DNA from: Fimicolochytrium jonesii | Taxonomy: Eukaryota | Assembly: GCF_025526975.1 (NCBI RefSeq) | Contig: NW_026515671.1 | Coordinates: 1,674,001-1,738,000, forward strand | Direction: 5' to 3' | DNA: 64,000 bases | Shown here: positions 1 through 13,484 of the stretch, piece by piece | Layout: each line of letters opens with the position of its first letter | Numbering within the stretch: the first letter of the stretch is position 1 | The notes under the pieces: model-generated | What the model was told of the DNA's origin: nothing | The model's input: the letters and a program-made list of their open reading frames with translations, nothing else | Databases searched by the model: none | Made by a program: the position numbers and the translations under genes

Positions 1-560
1 CACAGCGGCCCAACCAAGCCGAAGGCAAGGGACCAGCAGTAAAGGAGAAGGAGGAAGAAGAGGAGGAAGAGGAGAGCTCGTCGGAGGAGGATGAGGCTGG
101 AGCGGACGCAACGTTGGGAAGGCAGGATAAGGAGACGATGCGGAAGGATAGAAGTTTGGCGGAGTTGTTAATGATGATGGATGAGTATAAGCCTATTGTG
201 AGTGTTTAAAGATTCCCCGCTTCCCCAGGCATCTGTTCTTCTTTTGCAGAATCCTTGATTAAACTCCCCACCTCCCATAAACAGCTGCCCGACTCAGTAA
301 CTGACTACTACATGACCCGCTCCGGCTTCGAATGCGAGGACACCCGCGTCAAGCGTCTCCTCGCCCTCGCCGCGCAAAAGTTCATATCAGACATCGCCGT
401 TGATGCGCTGCAGTACTCGCGCATCCGCTCGCAGCAGCCGCTGCCGAAGGACCGTAGGAGCGTCGTGAAGGATAAGAGGACGGTGCTGACCATCGATGAT
501 TTGTCGGCCGCGTTGGCGGATCATGGGGTCAATATCAAGAAACCGGAGTATTATTTGTAG
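1..560 (+). CDS. TAF10: TFIID/SAGA subunit TAF10 (5' partial; intron ~198-284)
   Basis: Spliced translation ...DRSLAELLMMMDEYKPI|LPDSVTDYYMTRSGFECEDTRVKRLLALAAQKFISDIAVDALQY...VLTIDDLSAALADHGVNIKKPEYYL* is the characteristic TAF10 histone fold. Confidence 0.95.
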
Positions 561-848
561 ATTGACTGCGTGCGGGAGGGGAGTGGAGTTGGGAATGGAG
601 AGTGGAATGGCAAGTGCGACACGGAAACCGCACAAAGCGAGGTTGGCTTCGCTTCGACAAACATAAATTATCATCCGAGTCAAGAAATATCGTCGACATC
701 AACCCCAGCCCTATCCCTCGACTTTGCCCCCCAAAAATTAGCCTTCTGTCCCTACTATACAATCCACCCCACGCTCGCAGAGCCCCGCATACATTTTGGA
801 ACACCCTCCCTTCATCTGTACATAAATTCTTTCCTCAAAACTCGTCGA

Positions 849-2304
849 TCAAACCTCCAGTAGATAAACACTATTGTACATGCCCCCCAAATCCATGCCT
901 GCAAACACAACCATCGCGTCTTTTGCCGTAATCGCGATTTGCGCTGTGGTGTTGGACGGGTCGGCGTCTGCCATTGACCCGATGAGCGGTGCGTATTCCG
1001 TGATGGCGCATGCGTCGTGGCCAAGGCGAGCACCTGGCGGGCCGGGTGGGAGAGATGCTGGGTCGAGTTTTGTCCATACTGTGTGGACTGCAATGAGGTG
1101 GAAAAGGCGTGGTTGGTTGATGGAAACACGCTGTGAGACGGATGAAAACCATACCAGTCTCGAACACGTAAACGTCTTCAAATGCTTGAGTTTTGGGTGT
1201 CCGTGTCAGACCTCCGTATACATAAATCTTGTCCCGGTTCACAGTCGCCGAGTGCCCTGAGCGAGGCGACGGCACGTCTCCTGTCCCTTCCAAGCATTTC
1301 CATTCCCTACTCACTGATACGGATGATGGTTTAGTTGAACATCCCAAACGAGATCCCATTCGACCACCGAGGGACCGGAGGGGCAACGCACCTGTATCAA
1401 ACACCCACACATCATCAAACGTCACGTCACCAGCCATGCCACCAAACAAGTAGATTTTCGTTCCTACGGCCGTGAACGTGTGCCCTAAACGCGGCGCAGG
1501 TGCCGGCTGCTGCGACGGGGCCGTTAGTCGCGTCCAGAATCTGTTTGCTGTTTCGTTGTCAACATCATGGTCACTTGCGTCTCATCTATCACACTGTGTG
1601 TCGCTTCCATGATCAACCCACCAACATCGAAACAATACACGCATCCATCGTCCACAGCCTTGTCATGTTCCGCTCCACCGCCAAAAATGTACACCCTCCG
1701 CGACCCGCTACGTTGATCTTCTATCGCGGCTACGGACCGCAGCGTCCGGGCTGATGGCGCCGTGCCTTTCGTGCATAGAGATGTCCATTGCTGCTTATCT
1801 GGGCGGTGGATATCGAACGAACATCAGGATTCGGCCTGCCTCTCGTAAGGGACATCAATCGCACACGCGTAGCAAACTAACCCAGGTCAAACGTCCAGAC
1901 ATCGTTGAGCAGGCCGTCGTTCCCCGCGCCGTACATCACGAGCAGCTGGGATGCGGCGCTTTCGGAGCCTGGGATGATGACCGCGGCGTGCTCGTACCGC
2001 GGTGGGATGGCGACGGAGTTGTTGGTTGATGCAGGGGCCAACTTTCGCCACTTTAACGTCTCTGAAACACCCATCCCAACGTTAATACATGATCATGCTC
2101 AAGAAACCGAGGGACTGACAACTCACGCAAGTCCAGAGAATGCACGTCGTTGGAGAAACCTTCCTCGTGGCTTGCCCCGCCGAACACTACGCAGCGTTTT
2201 GAGACCGGGTCGAGGGTGAGGGTGTGGCCTGCGCGAGGGGAGGGCTGGGCTTCTGTGTAGAGCGGGCGCCAGGTTGTTGAGGGGTTGGGTGTTCCTGCTG
2301 CCAT
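849..2304 (-). CDS. Kelch-repeat beta-propeller protein (RABEPK/Kel-like), multi-exon
   Basis: Repeated kelch motifs over several exons: PSPRAGHT...VVFGG, PPRYEHAA...MYGAG, LFGGMAGDVTFDDVWVFD, PSPRSGHSATV...YVYGG, VFAGMDLGGMYNSVYLLEV*. Confidence 0.85.
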
Positions 2305-2588
2305 TGCTGGCTCAAAGGGACAGAGGTCCTGTATGTGTCTAGGCTGGTGCTGCTTATCCGTTGAACGTCAGTCTTAATTCCTTCCGTCGGGGGTGAAAGC
2401 CAATGCTCAGAGGGCCTCCGCCGTCTTTTCCGTTCTCATTCCGGACTTGCTTTTCCAAAGACAATCGGCGGCTGCAGTTGCCAGGAGTGCTAAACACCCA
2501 ACCATTGAGTACTCCCTCGCACAGCTACCTCCCTCTTCATTGCTACGACCTCCCTCCCGTCCTGCCCACCCGGCCACCACCATAGACC

Positions 2589-5079
2589 ATGGGGGTAAGT
2601 CCCAACCCGCCCACGCGTAAAACCAACGCGTGCAACACATCTAACAAGATCACCACACATAGTCATCCTACCTCCAACTCCAGGACCCCACCCTCGAACG
2701 CTCCTTCCGCGGCCACAAAGATGTAGTCACCTGTCTGTCGTTCAAGCCCACCATGACTCAGCTGGCGTCCGGGTCGCTCGACAATTCGGTCATGGTGTGG
2801 AACTTTAAGCCCCAGTTTAGGGCTTTCCGGTTTGTGGGACATAAGGTGCTTATCTGAGGGTGGAGGTGTTTAGTGCGGACGGAGGGGAAGTGAGATCATG
2901 GAGTGCGGGATGGAAGGCGGACGGCAGCGTGTTGCGAGTTTCTCGGAGGCTATGTCGAAGACGACATTGGAAACTACGGGGGAGCGGGCGGCACCTATCG
3001 TGGCTACCCCATATCTCACACGTTCTGCATTCACAACAGGGTCCGGTAACGAACGTAGATTTCTCGCCAAAAGCCAACCTTCTCGCGAGCTCGTCCCGGG
3101 ATAAAACCGTGCGGTTATGGACCCCAAATGTGTACGTTGACGGCAACAACGGTTTATGCCGCGAGATTCTGATTTGATGATGTCTTTGTATGCGTCGATG
3201 TAGAAAAGGGGACGTGACGGTGTATAAAGCGCATACATCGGCTGTGCGGACTGTTCAGTTCTCGTCAGACGGGTTGTCGCTGCTTACTGCCTCGGATGAC
3301 AAGACTATCAAGGTATGCCCAGAGATGGAAGCCTTCAACCGTTGCCAGAGACGATAGGAATCTAACGCCGTTTCGTATGGTAGCTGTGGTCGACCCACCG
3401 AACAAAGTTCCAATACTCACTCTCCGGGCACCTGAACTGGGTACGCACCGCGAAGTTCTCCCCTGATTCACGGTTAATCGTGTCCGGAAGCGACGACAAA
3501 TCCGTAAAACTTTGGGATCTCGGGACGAAGAGCTGCGTCAAGACGTATTGGGATCATACCGGGTTGGTTCCACTCGCGTCACGGTTGGGCACACATTCTG
3601 CGAATTCTCACACAATCGTCAATGCAGGATGATATCCTCGGTAGCTTTCCACCCATCCGGCACCGTCGTCGCAACGGCATCCTCCGACCGCTCCATCAAG
3701 ATCTTCGATATCCGAACACATAGATTGCTGCAACATTATGGGGATGCGCACGGGTCTGCCAACGGGGATCCCGCTGGCGGGGCGGGTGTGAACAGTGTCG
3801 CGTTTGGTGGGCCGGGTGGAGAGTGCCTGATCAGTACTGGGTGGGATGGTGTTGTCAAGGTGAGGCAGGAAAATGTGGCGCCGTGGAAGTTGATGGTGTC
3901 AAATTGGAGATGGACTAACACCTGGTCGGTTGCTATCTAGATATGGGACCTAAAGGAAGGCCACCTATTCTACACGCTGCATGGCCATAAGAATGGACCA
4001 ACGACCGCAGCAACTTTCTCTGTGATGGGAGATTACTTTGCGACGGGCGGAAGCGATGCGCAGGTCATGGTGTGGAAGAGCAATTTCGATTCTCTGGCTC
4101 AGGACGAGGGTGCCGCTGAAATCGGCCAGGATCAGTGTGAGTGCATCCAGTACGCGTTTTTGAAGTCCCCCCACACAAACGGATATGTGTAGCTTATCGC
4201 CATTCGGCATTCCAACAGCCACACAACGACCCATCCAACCGCTCCCCCAACCCCGCGCCCTCATAGCCGAACCCACCCTCCCCTCCCGCACCCGAAGCAA
4301 CAGCCCCATCCGCCAACTCCCCATACGATCCACCGTCGGCACAACCGCCCGCTCCATACCTACCTCCACCACCATCCCCTCCACCTACGTTCCCACCCCT
4401 GCGTCCGCCGCATACACCTCCGCTCCAACCTCCGCCACGACCCACCCACCGCCGGCCCCACCCATCATCGACGTCGGTGCCGCCATCTTCGCGGAACAGG
4501 AACTTGAGGGAGTCGACGCCGCAGCTTCTTCTCGCCCACTCACGCGCGATAACACACAGACCAATCATCAATTGCAGCAGCAACTCCATCGGGAGAGGGA
4601 GAAGGAACGGCCGGCGTACTCTGCGTCGTCGTACTCGGCGCCCTTGGAAGTGAGGACGATCCCCGACGAGCTGGCGTCGACGTTGCAGCATATTGTGCGG
4701 CAGGTGGATGTTTTGACGCAGACCATGAGTATTCTTGAGGTAATGCAAACGCCTCATGATATATTTCATCAATGCCTGGACCAACACGCGTTTATGACAG
4801 AGCCGCCTAACAATGAACGAAGACCGCGTCGTGGACATGTCCCAACGCTTCAGCGACGCCGTCGAGCGTATCGAGTGGATCGCGAATCGGATTGATCTCA
4901 CTGCGGGGGCGACTGCTGCTAGCCAGGCTAGTCTCTACGGCGGCGGTGGGGCTAGTGGGAGTGGGGGGAGTGGCACTGGGAGTGGTGGTGCAGGCGAACC
5001 CTCGTCTTCTACCATGCGTGGACAGGCGGTGCCTGTTAAGGCGGGCGCTGGATCGGGAGAGGGCGATGGAGGCCGGTGA
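2589..5079 (+). CDS. POC1: POC1 centriolar WD40 protein, multi-exon
   Basis: ATG GGG|gtaagt micro-exon, then [22 protein letters not shown]...[18 protein letters not shown], several WD repeats, and a C-terminal Poc1 coiled coil ([31 protein letters not shown]). Confidence 0.92.
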
Positions 5080-5381
5080 ACGACGAACCAAAGTAATAGA
5101 ATGGAGAGCTGGGGTTCTTAGGCCGCAACCCTCACACAACCCCTTCTACACGTTTTTGTAAAAACCAAGGAAGGAGCTCGAGTAAGCAAGGTTGATATTC
5201 CTGCAACGGCGAAGAGGGAGCCAATGGTGTCGTTGTGTGTAGGTTGGCTTATATACATTCTTCGTAAACTATTTACATCCGCGGGTGTCTCTCGCGAAGA
5301 CTATTCTTGACCAGGCAGTTTACTTCACGGCCTCTTGAAAGAAGCTTATCCTAGGTTTCGTCCTGCCCCTCATGTTCTCTG

Positions 5382-7256
5382 TCACCCCTCCTCAGCCATC
5401 CCTTCCAACACCGCCTCCAGAGTCTCCCGATCCAGCGGCACAGCCAGCACCTCCCTCCCATCCCCCGGACTCTTTCTCGCCACCACGATCGCATGATCGC
5501 GAAACTCGCCCAACTGCGTGCGGAAGGTGATATCATTCCCCACAAGGAACTTCTCGCGCGCTTTGGCGTACCACAGCTCGTGGGAGAGTCCGGGTTGCGT
5601 GATGTTGTTGCTGCTGTTGCCTTTCTGTTGTTGTGATGGTGATGCAGGGTCGGTCTCATCCCCAGCAGCCAACTGATGCTCACACAACAACCGAAATATC
5701 CCCCTCGCGTTGCTATTCAACGATCTCAAGACATGCAGCACAGCGCTGAGCGTGCGCGCCCCATCCGTCGCCCCAGCAACCCCGCCAACCTCACCCAACC
5801 CCGCGCGCGCACACCGTGCACCCAGCGTCGTGTTCCCGGCACGCAGGGTCTCAACTTCGTAATCCGCAAACGTGGTCAGGTCGCGCCACAGCCAGTTGAA
5901 ATTGTGGGCGGCAACGTTGTCCCATAGTAAAGGCGCGTTGATGTGGTCGATGGTGGCGAGGAGGTGGATGTGGGGGTGGGCGGCGAGGCGGGCGAAGGCG
6001 GCTTGGGTTGCGCGGGCGCGGAGGGGTGGGGCGTCGATGTTGTGGATTAGGAGGTAGGTGCGGCGGGTGATGCGGGTGAGGAGGTGAGTTAGTTGGTCTG
6101 TTGGTGCTGACATTGTCCTATTTGTTGTCGAATTTTTTGCAGTCGTGTAAGACGGGATGAGTTTATCGGCAATACTGTTGAGGATGGATTTCAGCGAGAT
6201 GGCGGGGAAGAACCCGTTCACGACGACGACCGCGGCGTCGGCGCTCAGGACCTCAAGGGCGAATTCGTTCAGCAGCGCGCGTTTGGAGCCGTACCCGTAG
6301 AAGACGAGGTTGAAGCCTTGCCGAAGTTCAAAGAACCACTCGGGGAACTGGTCGCGGTAGAGCGAGGTCAGCAGCGCGGTCTCGGCTGCATGCTTTTGGG
6401 GGCGGAATGATGTGGTGGTGGTCGTAGAAAGTTGCGAGAGCGAGGGCAGCCGTGATAGCGTGTTGTTGGATGTCTTGGATGTCGTAGTTGCGAGGCGGCC
6501 ACCTTTCTTGTTTCGTTGGGTCGTGGCAGGCCGTGCGGACGTGAAATAGCTTTGATGCCCTGGTTCCGCAACGTCATCGCTGATATCATCCCCATCCACG
6601 CCCCCCTCGTCCTTATCTCCATCTCCATCCCCGCCATCCTCCTCGTCTTCTTCTTCCTCTTCTTCCTCCTCTTCCTCGTCCTCCTCATCCTCATCCTCAC
6701 TCCCCGTCGCAAGCACGCTCAAAATCCTCTTCGTAGCCTTCCTCTGCCTTCTCCTCGCCGGCGTTCCCCCATCCGCCCCGACCCCAATATCAAACCTAGG
6801 CGGCCTGCCCAAAACTTCCACACCACCCGTACCACCCCTCGTCGGCGTCGCCACATCTTCCCCAGGGGCAAGCATCCGCACCTTCTTCTTCCCAGTCCGC
6901 GTCGGCGTGTCTGCATCGATTTCGGTGTCATCGAGATGCTGCCGCCCGGCGTCAACGTAGGAGTCAAAGGCTTTGCGTTTTCGGGTCGGGAAGTGGAACA
7001 TGTCTTTTCCGGGGGTGGATGGGACTGGGGCTGCTGAATCGGCTTCATCGTCGTTGGTGTTGCTCTTCGTGATGTTGGAGTGCGAATCCCCTCCCGCATC
7101 ACTTCTTTCAGCATCCCCGGTATTCTCCTGATCCTCGTCCTCCCCGCGCGACCGAGAATGCAGCACCGCGAGCGCCTCCTGGTCTTCTTCGTCTTCGTCT
7201 TCGGGGAGGCCGGCTGCGCTGCAGGTGCTGCTGCGAAGAGTGGGTGCCGCTGTCAT
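5382..7256 (-). CDS. ORC2: Origin recognition complex subunit 2 (single exon, 624 aa)
   Basis: Motifs FPEWFFELRQGFNLVFYGYGSKR, VVVNGFFP, LLIHNIDAPPLR, LLATIDHINAPLLWD, FRTQLGEFRDH; acidic disordered N-terminus. Confidence 0.96.
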   Translation of the reverse strand: MTAAPTLRSSTCSAAGLPEDEDEEDQEALAVLHSRSRGEDEDQENTGDAERSDAGGDSHSNITKSNTNDDEADSAAPVPSTPGKDMFHFPTRKRKAFDSYVDAGRQHLDDTEIDADTPTRTGKKKVRMLAPGEDVATPTRGGTGGVEVLGRPPRFDIGVGADGGTPARRRQRKATKRILSVLATGSEDEDEEDEEEEEEEEEEDEEDGGDGDGDKDEGGVDGDDISDDVAEPGHQSYFTSARPATTQRNKKGGRLATTTSKTSNNTLSRLPSLSQLSTTTTTSFRPQKHAAETALLTSLYRDQFPEWFFELRQGFNLVFYGYGSKRALLNEFALEVLSADAAVVVVNGFFPAISLKSILNSIADKLIPSYTTAKNSTTNRTMSAPTDQLTHLLTRITRRTYLLIHNIDAPPLRARATQAAFARLAAHPHIHLLATIDHINAPLLWDNVAAHNFNWLWRDLTTFADYEVETLRAGNTTLGARCARAGLGEVGGVAGATDGARTLSAVLHVLRSLNSNARGIFRLLCEHQLAAGDETDPASPSQQQKGNSSNNITQPGLSHELWYAKAREKFLVGNDITFRTQLGEFRDHAIVVARKSPGDGREVLAVPLDRETLEAVLEGMAEEG

Positions 7257-8302
7257 TTCTTGCTATGATTCCCGATCAGGGATGGGTGTGGTTTGAGGCC
7301 GTTGGTACTGAACGCTGCTCTCGCTGTTGTTGCTGGTGTTGGGATAAGAGATTGGTGCAACTTCTAGATTTCCGGAGTAGTTTGTTGGGCTCAAAGGGAA
7401 CAGCAGAAGACGAAGACGTTTTCGGACACGAGGTTTCGGACAAACATCGCCACCTCACGTAAGCAGCGTCATCTCACAAGTCCGACGCTCGCCCCACCAG
7501 CAACCTGTTGATGTGAACGTCTTCTCGGTTGGAGGATGGGGCAGCGGGGACAAACTCATTCGCTCCTCGTGCAGAGACTGTTTCCGCGTCCGGTGACTCT
7601 TTGCGGCAGGCAAGCCGGGGAATCACGGAGACGATGCTCGAGGACCCTTGGTACAAGCTTTGGGGGCTTCTTCCCGCACGGATGCCGGGTCTCGTTTGCA
7701 TCCTCGACTCTCCACGTTCGCTTATACTGAAGGAGCTCGAGCTCCAGCCGGAACGGACACCGCCGATACACTGGCTTGGTCCGAAAGTGTGAATGGCGCA
7801 CAGCAATGTCTCGTCAAAAATTCCGTCAGGCGTTCTTGGTTTAATGTGCCGATGTCGCTATGACCTCTCTCGCTGCCGACCCTCCGTTTCCGCCTTGCAC
7901 AAGCGCAGATCCGTTCCGCCCGTGCTGTGCGAGTTGGACGGAAAAAAACCCAGGCGGAGGGTTTCCCTCCCGTGCCCAAAAAGGTCCCCGTGTTGTCTCT
8001 GACTGACGCACCCCGCATCGCCCGACGACTCCGACAGTGAAAAAGGCACATCAACATGTTCCAGGTCAGCGCATCTCGAGCACCCATTCAGCATTCAAAG
8101 AGAAACCCCTCTCGCACTTGGCGAATGCAAGATATATAAACCCCTCACCCAACACATACATACATACACACATAAAAAAACTTCCCATCCTCCCTCGCCT
8201 ACCATCAATCACATACATACATCTCCTCACTCTTCCTTCATCAAAAAGGGCCAGAGGTATTCCTTCCCGCCGTCCTCCTCCGTCGCGTCTGTCCACTTCT
8301 TT

Positions 8303-11300
8303 TCATGAGGATGGATTGGGAGGCCGCGGCGATGGGGACGACGGCGGCTTTGCGTCCGTTTTTGGTTTCTTGCGGGGTGGTTGGGCTTGTGGACTACCAC
8401 GGTAAGAATCCAACCAAGTCAGCGAAAAGAACCCGAAGAATTGAGGAAAAAGGACAAGTGTCTCACTCACCTATCCCTCAGTCCCCGCTCCCCCTCTCCC
8501 AGTTTCCGTTTCTCCCCATCTCCCCCACCCGCACCAGCTTCAACATCAACGTCCATCCCAACACTCCCACTCCCACCCACATCCACATCAACCCCAACAC
8601 TCCCCCTCCTCTCCTCATAAACCGCAAACTCCTCATCAAAAAGCGCATCAAAATCCAACCCGGACGATTGACTATCCCCGGCTCCATTACTCCCCTCCCC
8701 ATGTCCCTCCCCCTCCCCACCACCCTTATCCCCACCACCCACATCAACATCACTCCCACTCTCCTCCGCAAGCGCCTCCTCAATCTCCCTATCCATCGCC
8801 AAAATATCATCCTCCCCAATCCGGATGAAAATATCGTTCTCGTGTTCCCACGTCCCCGACAGGATCTTCTCGTCGTCGTCGTCGTCGTTGTCGTCTGAGA
8901 CGTCGGGGGAGGAGTCCGAGCCTGACTCGTGGTCTGCTTTGGCGGTGCGTTTTGCGCGTCTTTTGGGGGACGCGTGCGTGTCGATCGGCAGGGCTGTCGG
9001 ACGGAAGACGGGTTCGAGGAGGTAGCGCGTTTCGTCTTGGCGGTCCCACCGGCAGATGGAGTCATAGAGCCTGGGATGGGGAAAGGGGTGGAGTGAGTTG
9101 AGTGACTAAGGGAAGGAAACGACCATCGCGCCATTGGATCAGTGGGTTCAAGTGACGTATTCCCGCCGCTTACCAGTCCAACGACACGATGAATACGCCA
9201 GGCATCTTGCGCGCTCGCCGCACTTTGTTTGTCTTGTTCAGGCCTTGTTGCTGTAACACCGTGTAAGAGTCAGTGGCTTCCACGAACCGTATTCCCCGCA
9301 TCATCACCCCTTTGGAAGACATACCTTGACAGTGACAAGATGCGTCACATCATCGGACAAATCAAACACGCATTTAGCGCCAAACTGCTCAGCACCGACC
9401 CAAATATCCGTTCTGTCCGGCACCAACGAAGGGGGGAAGGAAAGTATCAGTTCCCCTTCTACCACCCACCTCACACCCACCAACCCACCCATACTCACGT
9501 CCTCCCATCAACATCCGTCGAAATAACCCCGCTAAACACAATCCTCACACCGGCCAGCACCGCCTTCTTCTGCCTCGCCATGATCCCACCCACACCCAAC
9601 CGTCGCGACTCCTCCACCGCGCCGCTGTAGAACGCGCGATGCACGTCTTTGAGGACTTTGCAGACGCGGTCGAGCTCCCGGTCCGAGTCGGTGAGGATCG
9701 GTTTGGTGCGCAGGCTGGGGCGGCGTTTGGGAGGGGCTGTGGGTGGCGCTGGGGGCGTTGATGATGATGATGATGATGATGTGGGTGGTGGGGATGCCGG
9801 TTTGGGTGTGGGAGGGGTATCAGATACCGCATTCTCTTTCTCCTCCTTGGCGGACACCACATCCATCGCATCAGCATCCACACCCGTTATTCCTTGAGTC
9901 TCCCCCTCCGCATCCAACTCCTCGCTCAACCTCTCGAGCGGGCGGGTCTTTTCTAGATCTTCCAAAAATTGGTGCTGGACGTCTTCGTCCGAGAGCTCTT
10001 TTTCCAGTGATGTGACGGTGTCGTGGTCTTTGTCGGGGATGGCAGGCTTGCTGGCTGCTTGAGGGGTTTGAGGTGGGCCGCTGGGCTTTGGGGGGGAGCA
10101 CCTTGAGCACGATAGGTTTGGGGATATGCACATGCAAGTAAATGACGTACCGGTAGTCGTGGAGCGTTAATGTCTCCGGTTCCGACAAAGAAGTTGACTG
10201 ATCGGGGGAGAGGAGCGCGTGTGAGATCATATGCGTGCTGTGCCTAGGTCGCTCTCGAAACCCACTTACAGGGAAGAATCTTATACAGATTAGGCGACCA
10301 ATGCCATATATCCGACCGATCATCCACTATCACGACCATCGACTGATCGCTCGGAAACAATCTCTGTATGCTCTTGAAATTCGATCCTACCACCCAAAAG
10401 ATATCAGCCCTGGGTCCTCTGAACACCACCCATTCCCCACGTCCACTCACGATTCTCATCCCTCGAAATAATCCGATCCTTAAACAACGCGCGGTCCTGA
10501 TCCAGGATATTCGCAATCTGGTCCGCGTACTGGCGCGACCCCATCGTGTAGATGTGCAGCTCGTAGATCTCGTTCATCTCGAGCAGGAACTCGCGGGTGC
10601 CTGGGCGCAATTTGACGAAGTGGGTGTGGTAGGAGGGGATTTCGAATTTGTGCACATCCTGGGAGTTTGGGGAGGTGAGTTCAGAATGGACCGCCTGTAT
10701 GTTGTCCGACGTAGGGATTGAAAAGGACACGCAGACAATACCTTCAAGAACTGCTGATTGGGATTCGATGGATCGTCCATCCACTGCGCTACAGTTGGAT
10801 CGACCGTAGCGTGCACCAGAGTTTGGTCGAGATCCAGTATGAGCGTCAGCTTCTTGGATACCAGTAGCCGCTCCGAGCGCTCGTTGTCTAATTTCACCGC
10901 GACCTATGTGATGCGCGAAGACTCAGGTATGTTCTCTGGCTTCAAGAAGGGAGGCAGGTCCACTTGCGCTCCACACTTACGTCTCTACTTATGGTCACTC
11001 CCCGATTATCGTGCGCCATGTTGATGGTCGCTCGCCCCAGGTCGTTCCCCATATATGTTCCACTATACATCATTGAGAAGGTTAGCATGGACTGCTCTCG
11101 GATGTATGCCGCAAATAACTGGTACTCACATGGAGACATCCTTCCCGCACGTTGCACAGATCCCGTGTACTTGTATCGCGTGTCCGCAGGGCTCTATTAT
11201 GACGGCGAGGGTCTTTCTGAGGGGAATTCATGTGTCAGTAGTTGAAACAATGTATCAAGGCGATATGAAGCGATGCATTAAGACGTTGGATGAACGATGC

Positions 11301-11829
11301 TTCGGCGATGTATTGGGATGATCGCTTTGCTCGCGACAAGCAGGTTGCGCTGGGAATGTGCGGAAGTACTCATGTGCCGAGGACGCAATCAATCAGCTGC
11401 CTGTTCCCGCGCTTCCTTCTCGCTCTCGCTCGCCAACACACACCATCCATGGCTGCGCTCGAGCACCTGACGCTGGCTCTCGTCGTAGCACTCCAAAGAC
11501 AACTACCGTCCGCTTCGCTCGCCCTTGCCACTCCCACTCGACGTCTCTCCTCTCGCGGTTACCCACCTGACACCCACAACGACCTCGCCTTCCTTCACAC
11601 AAACCTCGTCCACCCTGCCACTATACGGACTCCTCCACTCCTCCCTCACCGTGCGCTTCCTACTAGTCGTCGCGGTGGCATTCCCCGCCTCCTGAGGGTT
11701 ATTATTATCGTACTCGTAGATGCCAAGCACGTCGTCGCGGCGGACCTCTGACCCCGCTGTGACGCGCAGGGAGGTGATCTTGAGCGGGTAGCGGTCGGCG
11801 GGGAGGGTTAGTTTCTGGCGGGACTCCAT
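8303..11829 (-). CDS. FCP1: RNA polymerase II CTD phosphatase FCP1, multi-exon
   Basis: N-terminal sandwich-barrel domain, catalytic LILDLDQTLVHA, VKLRPG, YELHIYTMGSRQYA, MVVIVDDRSDIW, and a BRCT domain (FSGVI...GAK...VTHLV). Stop inferred at 8303 after a final short exon. Confidence 0.93.
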
Positions 11830-12112
11830 TTTCGGTAAGCGGGTTATTGGATGAGCGGAAGAGGCCGAAGCCGAGGGTTCTGTTTATTGAAAGTCGCCGT
11901 TCCTGTTGCTTCTGTGGTGTATGTACAGTATGTATGTCTGTACTGAGCCTGTTGGGGAAGTCTGCCCTGGCGGTTGGTTCCTGCGAGAGAGGTGAGAGGG
12001 CCTAGAGGGCAACACGTCGCGCGTGAAGGCCCCTCTTGTCCGGACTCCCCCCTTCCCCTCTCTTTTTTCGCACGCTCCTACGCAGCACACCTATTCTCAC
12101 ACTCAACACAAA

Positions 12113-13484
12113 ATGTCCTCCCTCCACACCCACCTCAACTCCCGCTTTTCCCTTCCCCCCACCCCGTCAACCCCTCCCATCCCCCGCGCAACCCTCCTCC
12201 TCGCCGCACACCGCTCCTCCACCCCCGAAGCCTGTGAAGCCCTAGCAGAAGCGCTCCCTCGCAAACTACACGCCTCCCGCCGCGCGTTCGCCAGCAAGGA
12301 GTTTGTCAACGAGTGTGTTGCGCTGGATAGGCTGCGGTATAAGAATGGGAACCAGCATAGGAGTGCGAGGTATTTTAGGAAGTTGGTTATGGTGAGTAGA
12401 CGGGGGAGAGGGGAAGAGAGGAGCGAGAGGGAGTTGGGTTGCGCACTTGTAGTGGGCGAAGCGAGGCGTGGGGGATGTTTGAGGTTGTGCGAGCGACGAG
12501 CGAAGCGAGCTCCCAGTCGGTCAGCGAGCGCCAGTGAGCATTGGTGGTTTTTGTCCCTGAGCGGAGTGAGCAGGTATATCGTTCATCCATCCAAAGTATC
12601 CTCACATTCCTTCCCTCTCCCTTCTCTCACCCACCGCCCAGGTCCGCCGCCTCCTCCGCCGCTTCTTCGAAATCGATCTAGAAGCACTCATCCAAAAGCT
12701 ACTGGACGACATGCATCCCAACAAGTAGGTCCCACGCTCTGTTACGTACTGTGCAGGCGTCGCTCTGCACTCATCTCACTCACTGTGATTGTACTGCAGA
12801 ACAAAACGCCACCAAGGCCGTTGGGAACACCTCCCGCCACGCGCCAACATGGCATATCTCCTGCTGAGACTCGCAAGCGCCTACCGGATCCTAACACAGG
12901 TTCGTCCATCACCCTCCATACCACACCCCCGCTCCATCCCTCACAACCCGTGTATTTTACAGCTCCGCCCCGCTCTCCTAACCTGCTACACATCCTTCCG
13001 CGCCCTCCTAACCCAAACCTTCTTCATGCCCATGTCCATGATCGTCATGGCGGCCTGCGCGCGGCTGCATCTGTTGACCGGGACCATGATGCGGGAGCTG
13101 GAGGCGTGTTACAACGAGCTCGCGGGGTGGTTCGGGAGTATGCCGGTGAGTGGGGCATGTCAGCAATAGCAATCATCGGTTTTTTTTTGGAATGAACTTG
13201 GGTGTTTCTGGATACTGACTGCCGTGGGGGCCGTTTCCGGTTTCCGCGTATAGCCGCTCCCGACAGACCCGCCGTACGCAGCCCTGTTGCCCGCCACCCT
13301 CTCCGGCGCCGCCCTCACGGCGCCGGATGACCACCGCACAGACGCATCGCGCCCGGGATCGCAGGAGGAGGGAAACGGAGCGCACGATCAGATGGACGTC
13401 GATGGCGGGGGAGATGCGTGGGACGTCGGGGTGCTGGACACGCACACGGCCGCGCTGTCGGATGCGTTCTGGAATGACGGCTGA
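12113..13484 (+). CDS. NEPRO/Rmp1-like (DUF4477) RNase MRP-associated protein, multi-exon
   Basis: ECVALDRLRYKNGNQHRSARYFRKLVM|VRRLLRRF, and LLTQTFFMPMSMIVMAACARL, resemble the DUF4477 N-terminal domain. Recognised from memory. Confidence 0.7.

Noticed and set aside
7975..7995. RNase MRP RNA P4-like AAAGGTCCCCG
   Set aside because: No matching downstream GGGGCTYA partner strand was found.
11074..11095. U6 snRNA-like GAGAAGGTTAGCATGG
   Set aside because: Short match antisense within an FCP1 intron; the ACAGAGA box and the rest of U6 are missing.
12023..13195. 390-aa single ORF
   Set aside because: Reads through introns; the real gene starts at 12113 and changes frame after splicing.
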